A stretch of DNA of 64,000 nt from a bacterium (GCA_963555815.3 CAUVWX020000001.1:192001-256000); one strand, 5' to 3'; positions 28,809 through 38,564 are shown, counted from the stretch's first letter. Translations and numbers: made by a program. Notes: a model not told the origin generated them from the letters alone.

Positions 28809-28900
28809 GCTTAGATAAATATAAGTATAATACACTTATGTCAATAGGAAAATTAACATAAAAGCCACTTTATTTTGTCTAAGGACGTGCCTTATATTAA
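28809..28900. promoter_or_regulatory. AT-rich divergent promoter/operator region of the phage switch
   Basis: Between divergent repressor and recombinase genes; minus-strand TTGACA at 28844-28839; inverted repeat ATAAGT-N7-ACTTAT at 28821-28839. Confidence 0.65.
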
Positions 28901-28927
28901 GGGGCAAGAAAAGAGGGGGAGGGACTC

Positions 28928-29545
28928 TTGGAAGACTCGCTCGGCCAAAAGCTCCGAAATATCCGGGAAGCCCAGCGGATGAGCCAGGGAAGACTTGAGG
29001 AGCTCACTGGGATCGACCGGAACTACATCAGCCGCATCGAGAACGACCACGTCGAGCCCAAGGCCTCCACCCTCACCTCCATCTGCCGGGGCCTTGGGGT
29101 ATCCCCCTCGGTCCTCTGGGGAGACGAGGAATCTCCCGGGGAGGAGGGGAACACTCCTGTCGTGGGCCATGTCAGCGGGGGCGAATCAGAACACCTTTGG
29201 GGAGACGCGGACCTCCCGACGGGGGAAGGGTTCGTCCTCCTTCAAGATCCCTACTCCTCCCATGACCCGAACACCTTCGCCCTGGAGATCCGGGGGGACT
29301 CCATGTCGCCTAAGTTCGACCAGGGGGACCGGGTCATCGTCGCACCCGGGAAGGAGGCCCGAAGCGGCTGTCTCGCCGTCGTCCGGACAAAGGAGGGAAA
29401 GTCCTATTTCAAGCGGGTTTTCTTCCGGGGAAATGACGTCATCCTAGAGAGTTTTAATTCCGCCCACGGGCCCATCATTCTGAGGAAGCGGGACATTCAC
29501 TTCGCCTACCCCGTCATCTGCATCATCCCGCGGGACGCCTCCTGA
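28928..29545 (+). CDS. CI-like repressor (XRE HTH plus S24 peptidase)
   Basis: LRNIREAQRMSQGRLEELTGIDRNYISRIEN HTH; GDSM catalytic Ser; FKRV catalytic Lys. Confidence 0.9.
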   Translation: MEDSLGQKLRNIREAQRMSQGRLEELTGIDRNYISRIENDHVEPKASTLTSICRGLGVSPSVLWGDEESPGEEGNTPVVGHVSGGESEHLWGDADLPTGEGFVLLQDPYSSHDPNTFALEIRGDSMSPKFDQGDRVIVAPGKEARSGCLAVVRTKEGKSYFKRVFFRGNDVILESFNSAHGPIILRKRDIHFAYPVICIIPRDAS

Positions 29546-29557
29546 AAGGTCATTCCC

Positions 29558-30004
29558 TTAAGCGCTCTCCGACCCGATCCCCCGGATTCGCGACCAGATC
29601 CCGTACACGAAGAGAAAGACCCCCAGGGCCTGAGCCACCCCGGAAAGGGCCAGGAGCCCCCCCACAAATCCGCCTCCTCCGCCTACGGCGAAGGGTTCCA
29701 CAAGGACCCTCAGAACGAGTCCTCCCACGACCAGCCCGTAGTTCCAGGAAGCCAGGACCGGGTCATAACGGCGTTTCCCCTCAGGAAAGCGCCCCTTGGC
29801 GAGAGGAAACATCCAATAGGCCACGCCCATCACCATGAGGCTCAGCCATCCGACCAGAGCCACATGGGTATGGGAAATTATGAAATGACGAGGGAGGAAT
29901 CCCCCTCCAAATCCCTGGTGAAGGAGGAAAGCTGCCCCGGATAGGAAGGTGAGAAGGAAAAATATCAAACTCGTCTTAATGAAAAGTCGTGAAAGGCTCG
30001 GCAT
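29558..30004 (-). CDS. Four-TM membrane protein (cytochrome oxidase subunit I-like fragment family)
   Basis: HTHVALVGWLSLMVMGVAYWMFP motif and four hydrophobic segments; AGGAGG upstream of ATG 30004. Confidence 0.6.
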   Translation of the reverse strand: MPSLSRLFIKTSLIFFLLTFLSGAAFLLHQGFGGGFLPRHFIISHTHVALVGWLSLMVMGVAYWMFPLAKGRFPEGKRRYDPVLASWNYGLVVGGLVLRVLVEPFAVGGGGGFVGGLLALSGVAQALGVFLFVYGIWSRIRGIGSESA

Positions 30005-30139
30005 TTCTTTTCTCCTCCTGCTGACAGGTAACTCCGTTTTGGCAGTCCCCAACCTGCCTCTTGACAAACGCGCCTCACTCCGTTACCCAACAGATCCCCC
30101 TCCTTCTTTCGGGGTTCTCCTCTCGGTGGGTAAAAGAAG

Positions 30140-31495
30140 GTGACCATCGATCTTGTCATTCGAAATGGAACCATCGTCACGCCAGAGTTGACCCATCAAG
30201 CCGCCATCGGGGTGAATGGGGGCCTCATCGTGGCCATCGGCGAAGAGGGCCGAATGCCCGAGGGAAAGGCCACTCTGGACGCCAGCGAACTTCACGTCCT
30301 CCCGGGGCTCATCGACGCCCACGTTCACTTCCGAGAGCCCGGCCTCGAATATAAGGAGGATTTCTCCACCGGGAGCACGGCCGCCGCCTGCGGGGGCATT
30401 ACCACCGTGGTTGACATGCCCAACACCATCCCGCCAACGGCCGACGTGGACAGTTTCCTCCTGAAGAAAAAGCTCGGGGAGCAAAAATCGTTCGTCGATT
30501 TCGCCCTCCTCGCCGTCATCCTCCAGACCAACCTCAACCACCTCATCCCTCTCTACCAGGCCGGCGTCATCGGTTTCAAAGTTTTTCTAGCGGAGACGGT
30601 CGGAAACCTCCCCCCGCCCGATGACAGGACCCTTCAGGAGGCCTTTCGCATCATCGCCGGGACAGGCCGCCGGACGGGGATCCACGGGGAATCCTGGTCC
30701 ATCGTAAACCGCCTCATGACAAAACTCCAAAAGGAAGGCCGAAAGGACTCCTTGGCCCACGTGGAGAGCCGCCCCCCCGCCGCCGCCCTTGAGGCCGTCA
30801 ACCGCGCCATTCGCTACGCACGGGAAGCCGGCATGAAACTTCACGACTTCCATGAAGGGTGTAAGGAGGTCATCGATCTCATCCGGGAGCACAAAAAGAG
30901 CGCGGATGTGACCTGCGAGACGGCGCCCCACTATCTCCTCCTGGCGGCGGAGGACATGGAAGGACTCGGCAATCTTCTTCGGATCAACCCTCCCATTCGC
31001 CATCGCGGACACCAGGAGGCCCTTTGGGAGGGTTTGAGAGACGGGACCATTGACCTGATCGCCACGGACCACTCCCCTCACACGTCCGAGGAGAAATCCA
31101 GGGAGAACATCTGGGACACCCCGCCCGGATTTCCGGGTGTCGAGACCAACGTTCCCCTCATGCTGACCCAGGTTAACGCGGGCAAGCTCACCCTCAACGA
31201 ATACGTCCGCCTCGCCTCTGAGCGGCCCGCCCAGGTGTGGCAGATGTACCCCCAAAAGGGCAACATCGCCATCGGCGCCGATGGCGACTTCACCATCGTG
31301 GATTTGAACCAACAAAAAACCCTTCGCGCCAAAAATCTTCACTCCAAGAGCAAGATCACACCCTTTGACGGATGGAAGGTCAAGGGGATGCCCCGATACA
31401 CCGTCGTTCGAGGAAATGTTGTGATGAAAGACGGGGAGATCGTCGGGCCTCCGCGGGGCCGCTGTGTCCATCCGGCGGACCACCGAGGCGATTAG
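30140..31495 (+). CDS. Cyclic amidohydrolase (dihydroorotase/allantoinase family)
   Basis: PGLIDAHVHFREPG, DMPNT, ETAPHYL, NPPIR, ATDHSPH, GADGDF. Confidence 0.88.
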   Translation: MTIDLVIRNGTIVTPELTHQAAIGVNGGLIVAIGEEGRMPEGKATLDASELHVLPGLIDAHVHFREPGLEYKEDFSTGSTAAACGGITTVVDMPNTIPPTADVDSFLLKKKLGEQKSFVDFALLAVILQTNLNHLIPLYQAGVIGFKVFLAETVGNLPPPDDRTLQEAFRIIAGTGRRTGIHGESWSIVNRLMTKLQKEGRKDSLAHVESRPPAAALEAVNRAIRYAREAGMKLHDFHEGCKEVIDLIREHKKSADVTCETAPHYLLLAAEDMEGLGNLLRINPPIRHRGHQEALWEGLRDGTIDLIATDHSPHTSEEKSRENIWDTPPGFPGVETNVPLMLTQVNAGKLTLNEYVRLASERPAQVWQMYPQKGNIAIGADGDFTIVDLNQQKTLRAKNLHSKSKITPFDGWKVKGMPRYTVVRGNVVMKDGEIVGPPRGRCVHPADHRGD

Positions 31496-31524
31496 GAAAC
31501 GTCAGAGGATAGCAATCAGAAATC

Positions 31525-31567
31525 AAAAAAGGAAAGGCCCCGAAAAAATCTCCGGGGCCTTTTTCTT
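31525..31567. terminator. Bidirectional intrinsic terminator
   Basis: AAAGGCCCCG...CGGGGCCTTT stem with A/T tracts on both sides, between convergent genes. Confidence 0.8.
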
Positions 31568-31639
31568 CGAGTCGAGGGCTGGATTAAGCGAAATTTATCC
31601 CTCCACGCCCTCATGCAGGACCTAGGCTCAGAAGACGGC

Positions 31640-31852
31640 CTAGCTGCTGACCTTTACCACATTCACAGCTCTTGGGCCCTTGGCGTCCTGTTCGATATTG
31701 AACTCGACGGTCTCGCCCTCGGTAAGGGTTTTGAAACCCTCCTGTCCGTTTATGGCTGAAAAGTGGACAAAGACATCCTTGCTGGCATCTTCCGGGGTGA
31801 TAAAGCCAAACCCCTTCGACTCGTTGAACCAGTTGACGGTGCCACGTGCCAT
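31640..31852 (-). CDS. Cold-shock protein (CspA family)
   Basis: [37 protein letters not shown]. Confidence 0.95.
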   Translation of the reverse strand: MARGTVNWFNESKGFGFITPEDASKDVFVHFSAINGQEGFKTLTEGETVEFNIEQDAKGPRAVNVVKVSS

Positions 31853-32216
31853 ACTCTCTCTCACCTCCTCTCTTCCTGAGTCAGGAGTCCTCTCTTGTCA
31901 TGGCACGTCTTCGGACCCGTCATAAAAAAACCGCGAACCCCACTTCCAGGGCTCGCGGCTCACTTACACTTCGGACGACCTCGAACCAGCACCCTGACAA
32001 TTAGAATATTCAGTGTCTACATTTTTCGTCTCCTTTTGTCAACTCTTTTTGGTGAGATATTTTTTCAATTTTTCAAGAGGAACGGTTCAAATGGATGAGA
32101 GCAGGAATACGGATAAAAAAGACAGGCCGATTATAACTGCTTGTAATAACTGGAACTAATCGAAACCTGGGTGATTGGATATTCCCTCCGTTTCCCGATC
32201 GCCATCCTCTCAAGCC

Positions 32217-33212
32217 CTACTCCAGCGAGACCTTTTTGCCTATCTTCGCAGATTCATAGGCGGCCAGGACAAAGGCCAGGTCTTGTCTCGCCACCTCGCC
32301 GGACATGAGGGGCGTCCTTCTCTCCCTCAGGCTCTGGGCAAACTCCCGATACATCGCCAGGAAACCCCGCCGGTCCCTCAAGGGGCAGGGATAAACCCTC
32401 CCTTTCTCCCCAGAGAGAAAGAAGCCGTGGTTCTCGATATAGAGGCTCCCCTCGGTCCCGCTCACGACGCTGAACTGAAAACGTCCAGGCGAGGGGACCC
32501 CCCAGGAGTGGACGAGCTCCCCCACCACCCCGTCGCCAAGGTCCGCGAGCATGATCATCGAGTCCTCCCGGGGCACGTTGGGCCGGGTGCGGGGCGCTTC
32601 AAGGGCAAAGACGCTCCTCGCCTTTCCCCCCAGCGTCGTCAGGGTATTCACCCAATGAATGCCGCCATCTATCAGGGCCCCGCCGCCCATGCGGTTTTCG
32701 TCCGACCTCCACCCCGCGTGGGTCGCCAGGTACAGTGTCTTGACACGGACGAATTTTAGGGCGCCGACGGCCCCCTGCTCGATGAGCTGCTTGGCCTTTA
32801 AGACGCTCGGCTTGAAGCGGAAGTTCTCGGCCACCATGAGGAGAACCCCCGCTTCGCTCGCCCGGCGAATAATGGTGTCGGCCTCAGAAAGGCTTCGGGC
32901 GATTGGTTTTTCGAGGAGGATATCCTTCCTGTGGACCGCGGCGAGCTCGACCCCCTCCTGGTGGAGGTCATGGGGGGTGCAGATGACGAGGGCGTTGACC
33001 CTCTCATCCCGCGCCGCCGCCTCGTAGGATCCGAACCCCCCCTCTGCGCCAAAACGGCGACGATAAGCCTCGGCCCTTTCTTTGGATCGGCTGGCGAAAT
33101 AGAGGTGGACCTTCGGCCTCAGGGACCGGGCGGCCCAGGCGTGAAGACGGGCGATGTGGCCACAGCCCACGATGCAGATCCCGATGGTCTGAGACGCCGA
33201 AAAAGGGGTCAT
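32217..33212 (-). CDS. Gfo/Idh/MocA family oxidoreductase
   Basis: IVGCGHIA, ICTPHDLH, LEKPIA, GGGALIDGGIHW. Confidence 0.9.
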   Translation of the reverse strand: MTPFSASQTIGICIVGCGHIARLHAWAARSLRPKVHLYFASRSKERAEAYRRRFGAEGGFGSYEAAARDERVNALVICTPHDLHQEGVELAAVHRKDILLEKPIARSLSEADTIIRRASEAGVLLMVAENFRFKPSVLKAKQLIEQGAVGALKFVRVKTLYLATHAGWRSDENRMGGGALIDGGIHWVNTLTTLGGKARSVFALEAPRTRPNVPREDSMIMLADLGDGVVGELVHSWGVPSPGRFQFSVVSGTEGSLYIENHGFFLSGEKGRVYPCPLRDRRGFLAMYREFAQSLRERRTPLMSGEVARQDLAFVLAAYESAKIGKKVSLE

Positions 33213-33252
33213 GGAATCTCTTGCGAGGACGGGTTTAGGAATTTTTGGCGAT

Positions 33253-33591
33253 TTAAGACCCTTTTGTCAGGTAATCGCCCAGCATCCCCCGGGAGTGCTC
33301 ATCATCGTGGCAGTAGATGCAAAGGTTTTCCCAGTTGCTCCCGTCAGGGGGGTTATAGGAGTGGTTCCCGTCTTTGTGGTGGACCGTCAAGAGATGGAGA
33401 TGGGAACGGTCGAATTCCCGGCCGCACTTGGCGCAGATCCACCCGTGGATGGCGAGTGAACGCTCCCGGTAGCCCTCGGCGGCCTTCCCCTTGACCTGGC
33501 GGAGAAAATCCTGAATCTCCTCAGGACTGATCTCCTTCTTCACTGGGCCTGGCCGAGAGCGCCCCCCTCTTTTACGAAACCTGGCCCCCAC
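33253..33591 (-). CDS. YajD-family HNH nuclease
   Basis: YRERSL, WICAKCGREF, LTVHHKDGNH, NPPDGSNWENLCIYCHDDEH. Confidence 0.85.
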   Translation of the reverse strand: MGARFRKRGGRSRPGPVKKEISPEEIQDFLRQVKGKAAEGYRERSLAIHGWICAKCGREFDRSHLHLLTVHHKDGNHSYNPPDGSNWENLCIYCHDDEHSRGMLGDYLTKGS

Positions 33592-33747
33592 CCTGAAAAT
33601 GCCTCCAGACAGAATCTCTAAATCTTGATTTTAACAGAAATATGGTGGAAAGTTATCCCCTCAGGCAGCTCAAGACATTCCGTTTAGGGAATAAATCGGA
33701 GGTTTGTCGACTTGAATTCAGCAGGGCTTTTAGATGAGGAGGAAATC

Positions 33748-34083
33748 ATGCGGAAAATGGTAGCGGCGGCCTTTGGGGTAGTTCTTTCGCTGTGGCTGAT
33801 CGGCTCCCCTTTGGGCGCCTGGGGCGAAGAAACCCACCAGGTCATCATCCAGGATTTCAGCTTCAAGCCTCCTAAACTGACCATCAAGGCGGGGGATTCG
33901 ATTAGGTTCATCAACGAGGACTACGACGCTCATACCGCCACCGAGGACGCGAAGGGGGGCTTCGACGCGGGCCATCTCGACAGGAAGGCCGTGAGGACCG
34001 TCACCTTTGAAGAGCCGGGGGTCTATCCCTACGGGTGCAGTTATCACCCCGCCATGGAGGCTGTTATCGAGGTCACCCCATAA
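33748..34083 (+). CDS. Exported cupredoxin (amicyanin/plastocyanin-like)
   Basis: Signal peptide; type-1 Cu ligands HTAT and CSYHPAM; GAGGAGG RBS before ATG 33748. Confidence 0.88.
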   Translation: MRKMVAAAFGVVLSLWLIGSPLGAWGEETHQVIIQDFSFKPPKLTIKAGDSIRFINEDYDAHTATEDAKGGFDAGHLDRKAVRTVTFEEPGVYPYGCSYHPAMEAVIEVTP

Positions 34084-34119
34084 AAAAAGAGGGGATGCCT
34101 TCCGGGCATCCCCTCTTTT
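34082..34119. terminator. Bidirectional intrinsic terminator
   Basis: AAAAGAGGGGATGCC-TTCCG-GGCATCCCCTCTTTT perfect inverted repeat between convergent genes. Confidence 0.85.
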
Positions 34120-34128
34120 CTACTCTTC

Positions 34129-34560
34129 CTAAATTTGCTCTTCTTTTTCGGACTTTTCCTCCATCCTCACTTCAAACCGGATGCCCGCCTTCTTCATCCA
34201 GGCTTCCTCATCAAAGCGGTCCTGAAGGTATTTTTCGAAGAGCTCTTCGTTCCGGGTCAGCTTTCGGCTCGACAAGCGTTTCTTGCGATCGAAGTTCACA
34301 CTGCGGGGTCCCCGGGGTTCCTCCTTTTCAGGCTCCCCCTGCCGATCTCCCCGCAGAAGCTCTACCCTAACTTCGGCTCCCCTGTGACCAGGAAATCGTA
34401 GAGCCAGGGCGAGGATGTCGGTCGGGTCAAGGGCCTCTCCCAGCTGAAGGGCCCGTATCTGCGACATAACCTCTTCTGAGGACAAGATGGCGCGAACGAT
34501 GGCCTCGGTCAGCCTTTCAAACCCCTCTTGCCCCTCTTGGGGATCATCTCTCTCCGCCAT
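34129..34560 (-). CDS. Hypothetical protein
   Basis: 143-aa ATG ORF with GAGGGGG RBS, ending at the terminator. Confidence 0.6.
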   Translation of the reverse strand: MAERDDPQEGQEGFERLTEAIVRAILSSEEVMSQIRALQLGEALDPTDILALALRFPGHRGAEVRVELLRGDRQGEPEKEEPRGPRSVNFDRKKRLSSRKLTRNEELFEKYLQDRFDEEAWMKKAGIRFEVRMEEKSEKEEQI

Positions 34561-34884
34561 ACCGTTCCCCCTCTAGTCCAACCTCTTAGACCCGACTAGG
34601 AGCTCCACCTCACCCCCCTAATATATCCCAACAGGTCCACTTTTTCCAGCCCTAGTCTACCAGAAATTTTTAAGGCCGAAAAATCCACGTTTTGCAGGCG
34701 GGGCCGGGGCGTCAAACGCTAAGGATTGAAACCCATTGAGGAGAAAATCCCCCCGGTCAGCCATTGCGATCTCCGAGAGGAACCCCTACGTCACCCACCG
34801 GTGTCCCTCCCTGCGGAGAGCGATCCTCTCCACGGGGCATTATCTCACCTTTCCAGTGCCGCTGTAGTAAAAGGGGAGCACCCG

Positions 34885-36219
34885 TCACTCCTGAAGGTCG
34901 AAGACGGTCTTGGTGACCAGCTCCACTGTATCGCTGGAGAGGAGAAAAATCTCTTCGTCCGTGGCCCGTTTCGCGTACCAGTTTTCCTGGCCTGCCACCT
35001 GCTGGCCGATGAAAAACCGAAGGGGGTCCTCCTTCCCCTCGACCGTCAGGCTAATCCGCCGGGTCGGGTCGGCCAACACCTTGGGGTCTGGGCGCTCGGC
35101 AGGGTCATCAAAAAATCCGGCAATCTTGGCGAATTTGATATCCCGGAGAAGGTCGCTGATCCGCTGCTCGCTCCCCTTGAGCGTGTCAGGCCCTTCGATC
35201 CGCCATTCGTCCTCCTTCTTCTTGGCCACCACCTCCCCATCAGGCCCCTGGATCTCCACCTGGACCACAGCCTCCTTCTCAAAGTCGAAAATTTTCCGAT
35301 CTCGGACCTCCAAGGTCTCCTTGGGCAGATCCTCCACCCTCCACCTCTCTAAAGTGAATACGGGGCCCGAGGTTCCCCTTCTGGCATAGTAGCCGTCCTC
35401 CGCCGGCTTGCCGATGAGGAAGATGACAGGCTCTTTGCCCGCCTCTTTCGCAAAAGTAAGCCGAATATCAGGGGGGGCAAGGCCGTATTGTTCCAGGTCC
35501 CTAGGGTCCTCCTCTGGGAAGGACTGTGCCTTCCCTCTCAAGAAGGCGTCCAGGGTGCGGTCCACGACGTCGGCATCGGCCAGGGTCTTGACCGGGACGG
35601 TCAGCTCCCACCCCTCTTCCCCCTTCTTGAGGGCGATCCGCTCCCCTGAGCGCTCGATGACAAGATGGCGAACCTGCGGGCGGGAGATTTTCAGGAGCTC
35701 CTTATCTCGCAAGTCATAGCGGCTCCGTCCGAGCCGCTCCCTGGCACCGGCCTCAAGGAGGAAGACCTGGGAGGACTCATCGACGGAGGCGTAGACCCCG
35801 CTTCCGGTCGGGTTGTCATCCCCCAGATGGAGGACGCCTTTTTCCCCTCCCATCTCAACGTGAACACTGAGCTTCGAAGGTCTTAGGCCGAAATCCCCGA
35901 GCACTGCCTCATCTGAGACGACGCGCTCCTGTTTCAGCTCCTGGAGCCTTTCCAGGAGGTATTGAACGGCATCTTCATCCCCCGCCGTCGAGATGGGTTC
36001 GGTCATCTTCCAGGCGCCCGCCTCCTTGCGAAGCGCGATCCGCTCCTCTCCCCGACGAAGTTCGATAGAAGTCACCTGGGCGGGCTCCAGCCTCAGAAGG
36101 TGGGCCTCGGCCTCCTCGATCTGTTGGTGCTCTCGGGGGCCAGTCACTTTGAGGTAATAGGAGGCCACCGCCAGCAGGACAAGCGTGACGGCCAGAAAGA
36201 TGGTCCGCCTGAAACTCAA
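34885..36219 (-). CDS. DUF4340 domain protein (three repeats, membrane-anchored)
   Basis: Repeated W..P...AD, L..YGL.P and IG...YA modules; downstream of the GldG-like gene. Confidence 0.8.
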   Translation of the reverse strand: MSFRRTIFLAVTLVLLAVASYYLKVTGPREHQQIEEAEAHLLRLEPAQVTSIELRRGEERIALRKEAGAWKMTEPISTAGDEDAVQYLLERLQELKQERVVSDEAVLGDFGLRPSKLSVHVEMGGEKGVLHLGDDNPTGSGVYASVDESSQVFLLEAGARERLGRSRYDLRDKELLKISRPQVRHLVIERSGERIALKKGEEGWELTVPVKTLADADVVDRTLDAFLRGKAQSFPEEDPRDLEQYGLAPPDIRLTFAKEAGKEPVIFLIGKPAEDGYYARRGTSGPVFTLERWRVEDLPKETLEVRDRKIFDFEKEAVVQVEIQGPDGEVVAKKKEDEWRIEGPDTLKGSEQRISDLLRDIKFAKIAGFFDDPAERPDPKVLADPTRRISLTVEGKEDPLRFFIGQQVAGQENWYAKRATDEEIFLLSSDTVELVTKTVFDLQE

Positions 36220-37793
36220 CGGGCCCTCCTCCTTCGCCTATAGACGATTAACCCCACGAGAAGAACCGCCCCCGGGAGCCCGACGACCGGGAGGAAGAAG
36301 ACGAGTCGGCTTTGAGCCGCCGTAAGAAAAATAGGGCCTCCCCCCTGTCGCTCTCTGGGCCGGATAGAGATGAGATCTTCCTCCTCAGCGAGCCAGCTGA
36401 GGGAATTCATAAAGAGGTCCCGGTTCCCGGAGACCTCCAAAAAATCATTTCGGGCAAACCGGGAATTTCCAAAGACAACGAGGCGGGCCCTTTTGGACTT
36501 GGCGTCGGGGTCTACAACCTCATCAGATGGCTCTGCCTCCACATCCACGTGAGCCGCCACGGGGACAGGCCCTAGAAGGTCCTTCTCTTCGTCAAGTTCT
36601 GCCTCCCCCTCGGCGAGCGTTTCAAGGTCCGTCTCGGCCCAGCTCTCCGGGCTCGTGAGGGCGAGGACCCCCGCAGAGACTCCCTCCGGCTGCCCGTTCC
36701 CCTCCATCACTCGGATTGAGCGGGCGAGGGGAAAGAAGGAGGCCGTTCGGAAGTCCTCGGTGATCTGGTGGGGCTCGTACTGGGTGATGACCGGCGTCAA
36801 AGGGCCCTCCCCCAAGAGGCCGCTCAGGCGATCCACGATCACGTCTTCCTGAAGGAGGAGACCGTAGTCAGCCAGAAACGAGTTCAAGTTGGCTTCGGTT
36901 TGGGGGTCTACCATGAATAGAACTTTCCCCCCCCTTTTGACATAGGTGGAGAGACGTTTGAGCTCCTCTTCGTGGAGGGGTTTTTGGGGACCGCTCACGA
37001 TGACCACGGCGGCGTCGTCAGGGACCTTCTCCGCCCGAAGGAGCAGAAGGTCTTTCACCTCCATGTTCTCGAGCTCGATGGCCCGCTTGACCTGGGAATA
37101 ACCCTCGCTCTCTGTGTTTTCCGGATCGTTCTCGCCGTGCCCTTTCAGGAAGTAGACGACCTTTTTCCCGCTCCGGGTAACCCTCAGGATGGCGTTGGCA
37201 ATGGCCTGCTCCGAGGCCTCCTGGACCCTCTGCTGGTTCCCCCCCGACTCGACGACCAGGGTCCCATATGCCGTGACGTCAAATTGCCTGGCCAGGAGGG
37301 GGTTTCGGTCCAGATCTATGAGCTCATAGCGGAAGCGGCCCGTTTGATAGGCATAACGGTCCAAAAAGCTTCGGGCCCTTCCCCGCTGCGTCTCATCAAG
37401 GAAGGCGGTGACCTGGACTCGTTGATCCCGGGTCTCCAGACCTTTCAGGATCTGCACCGTCTGGTCCGACAGGGAATTCAATTTGTCTTCCGTCAGGTCC
37501 ACCTGGCGATAGTAATTAAAAGAGAGCCCTTCGATGAGGACGGCGATAGCAAGGACGATGGCGATCATAATGGCCACGTTGACCCCGTAGCGGGTAGAGC
37601 GGCGCACCATCCAGGTCCTGATGAGATCCGAGGAGAGATGGAGTCCCAGCGCGATGAGCGCCGCCCCCGCAAGGACTCCAGCCAGATAGGGGGTGGAGAG
37701 CCTGCCCGTGATCCCACCCCCGATCAGGCCCGCGGCGAGGAGCAGGCCCCCGACAGTCCACACCAGAAACGGTAGGCGCTCTTTCCAATCCAC
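36216..37793 (-). CDS. GldG-like ABC transporter auxiliary component
   Basis: DLTEDKLNSLSDQT, YFLKGHGE, RLVVFGNS, GNRDLFMNSLSWL. Confidence 0.85.
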   Translation of the reverse strand: MDWKERLPFLVWTVGGLLLAAGLIGGGITGRLSTPYLAGVLAGAALIALGLHLSSDLIRTWMVRRSTRYGVNVAIMIAIVLAIAVLIEGLSFNYYRQVDLTEDKLNSLSDQTVQILKGLETRDQRVQVTAFLDETQRGRARSFLDRYAYQTGRFRYELIDLDRNPLLARQFDVTAYGTLVVESGGNQQRVQEASEQAIANAILRVTRSGKKVVYFLKGHGENDPENTESEGYSQVKRAIELENMEVKDLLLLRAEKVPDDAAVVIVSGPQKPLHEEELKRLSTYVKRGGKVLFMVDPQTEANLNSFLADYGLLLQEDVIVDRLSGLLGEGPLTPVITQYEPHQITEDFRTASFFPLARSIRVMEGNGQPEGVSAGVLALTSPESWAETDLETLAEGEAELDEEKDLLGPVPVAAHVDVEAEPSDEVVDPDAKSKRARLVVFGNSRFARNDFLEVSGNRDLFMNSLSWLAEEEDLISIRPRERQGGGPIFLTAAQSRLVFFLPVVGLPGAVLLVGLIVYRRRRRAR

Positions 37794-37796
37794 GGC

Positions 37797-38564
37797 CTAT
37801 CCCCTCCAGCGATGCGACTCCAGGACACGGAGCGTCAAGAAGAGGCAGACGACACTGAAGTTCAGGTAGTAGACCACGTCTCGGGTGCTGATCAGCCCCT
37901 GCGAAAAGTTGTTGAGATGCTCGATGAGGGAGGCGTGGGAGAGAATCCTTCCAGCGGCGGGGCCGAGAAAGTTCGAGGCCACCCCAATGACCCAGAAGAG
38001 GAGGAGGACCCCGAAGGTGACGAGGGCGGCCACGATCTGATTCTGGGTCAGGGAGGACGCCAGGAGTCCCATGGAGATAAAAGCGGTCCCTAAGAGCAGT
38101 AGACCCAGATAACCCGACAGGATGGGCCCGGCCTCAGGCTGGCCGAAAGCTATCATCATGAGCGGATATAGAGCCGTCAGGGCCAGCATGATGGCATAGA
38201 CAGTCAAGCAGGCCAGGAACTTCCCCATCAACACCTCCCCGTCTCGAAGGGGGTATGTGAAGAGGAGCTCCATCGTCCCCTGCTTCTTCTCTTCGGCAAA
38301 GAGTCGCATCGTCAAAAGCGGGATCACAAAAAGGAGAATGAGCGCCACGATCCCCAGGAGAGGGCTGAAGACTGAGGTGCTGACGCTCAGGCGCGCGAGC
38401 TGGGGGTTTTGGAGGGCCTGTCGGCTGACGAGGGCGAACAGGGTAAATTGGGCGAAGAAGAACCAGCCCGTCAGGACCAGGAAGATGCTCAGGACCACAT
38501 AGGCGATGGGGGAGTAGAAGTAGGATTTCAGCTCCTTCTTGAGGACGGGGACGACGTTACGCAT
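37797..38564 (-). CDS. ABC transporter permease (GldF-like)
   Basis: KELKSYFYSPIAY, TMRLFAEEKKQGTMELLFT; six TM helices. Confidence 0.88.
   Translation of the reverse strand: MRNVVPVLKKELKSYFYSPIAYVVLSIFLVLTGWFFFAQFTLFALVSRQALQNPQLARLSVSTSVFSPLLGIVALILLFVIPLLTMRLFAEEKKQGTMELLFTYPLRDGEVLMGKFLACLTVYAIMLALTALYPLMMIAFGQPEAGPILSGYLGLLLLGTAFISMGLLASSLTQNQIVAALVTFGVLLLFWVIGVASNFLGPAAGRILSHASLIEHLNNFSQGLISTRDVVYYLNFSVVCLFLTLRVLESHRWRG

Larger units (their letters stand above)
23281..29545. mobile_element. Compact phage-derived module (cryptic prophage remnant or satellite-like element)
   Basis: Contains TerL, putative TerS, a tape-measure-like gene, a frameshifted tail chaperone pair, a Rad52/Sak-like gene and a CI-like repressor, flanked by ordinary host genes. 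No integrase or att repeat found; boundaries approximate. Confidence 0.8.

Noticed and set aside
23266..29557. Complete inducible prophage with att sites
   Set aside because: No integrase, capsid, portal, tail tube or lysis gene, and no direct repeat seen at the two boundaries.
33253..33591. HNH nuclease as part of the phage packaging module or a homing element
   Set aside because: It matches the chromosomal YajD-type pattern and is separated from the phage module by several host genes.
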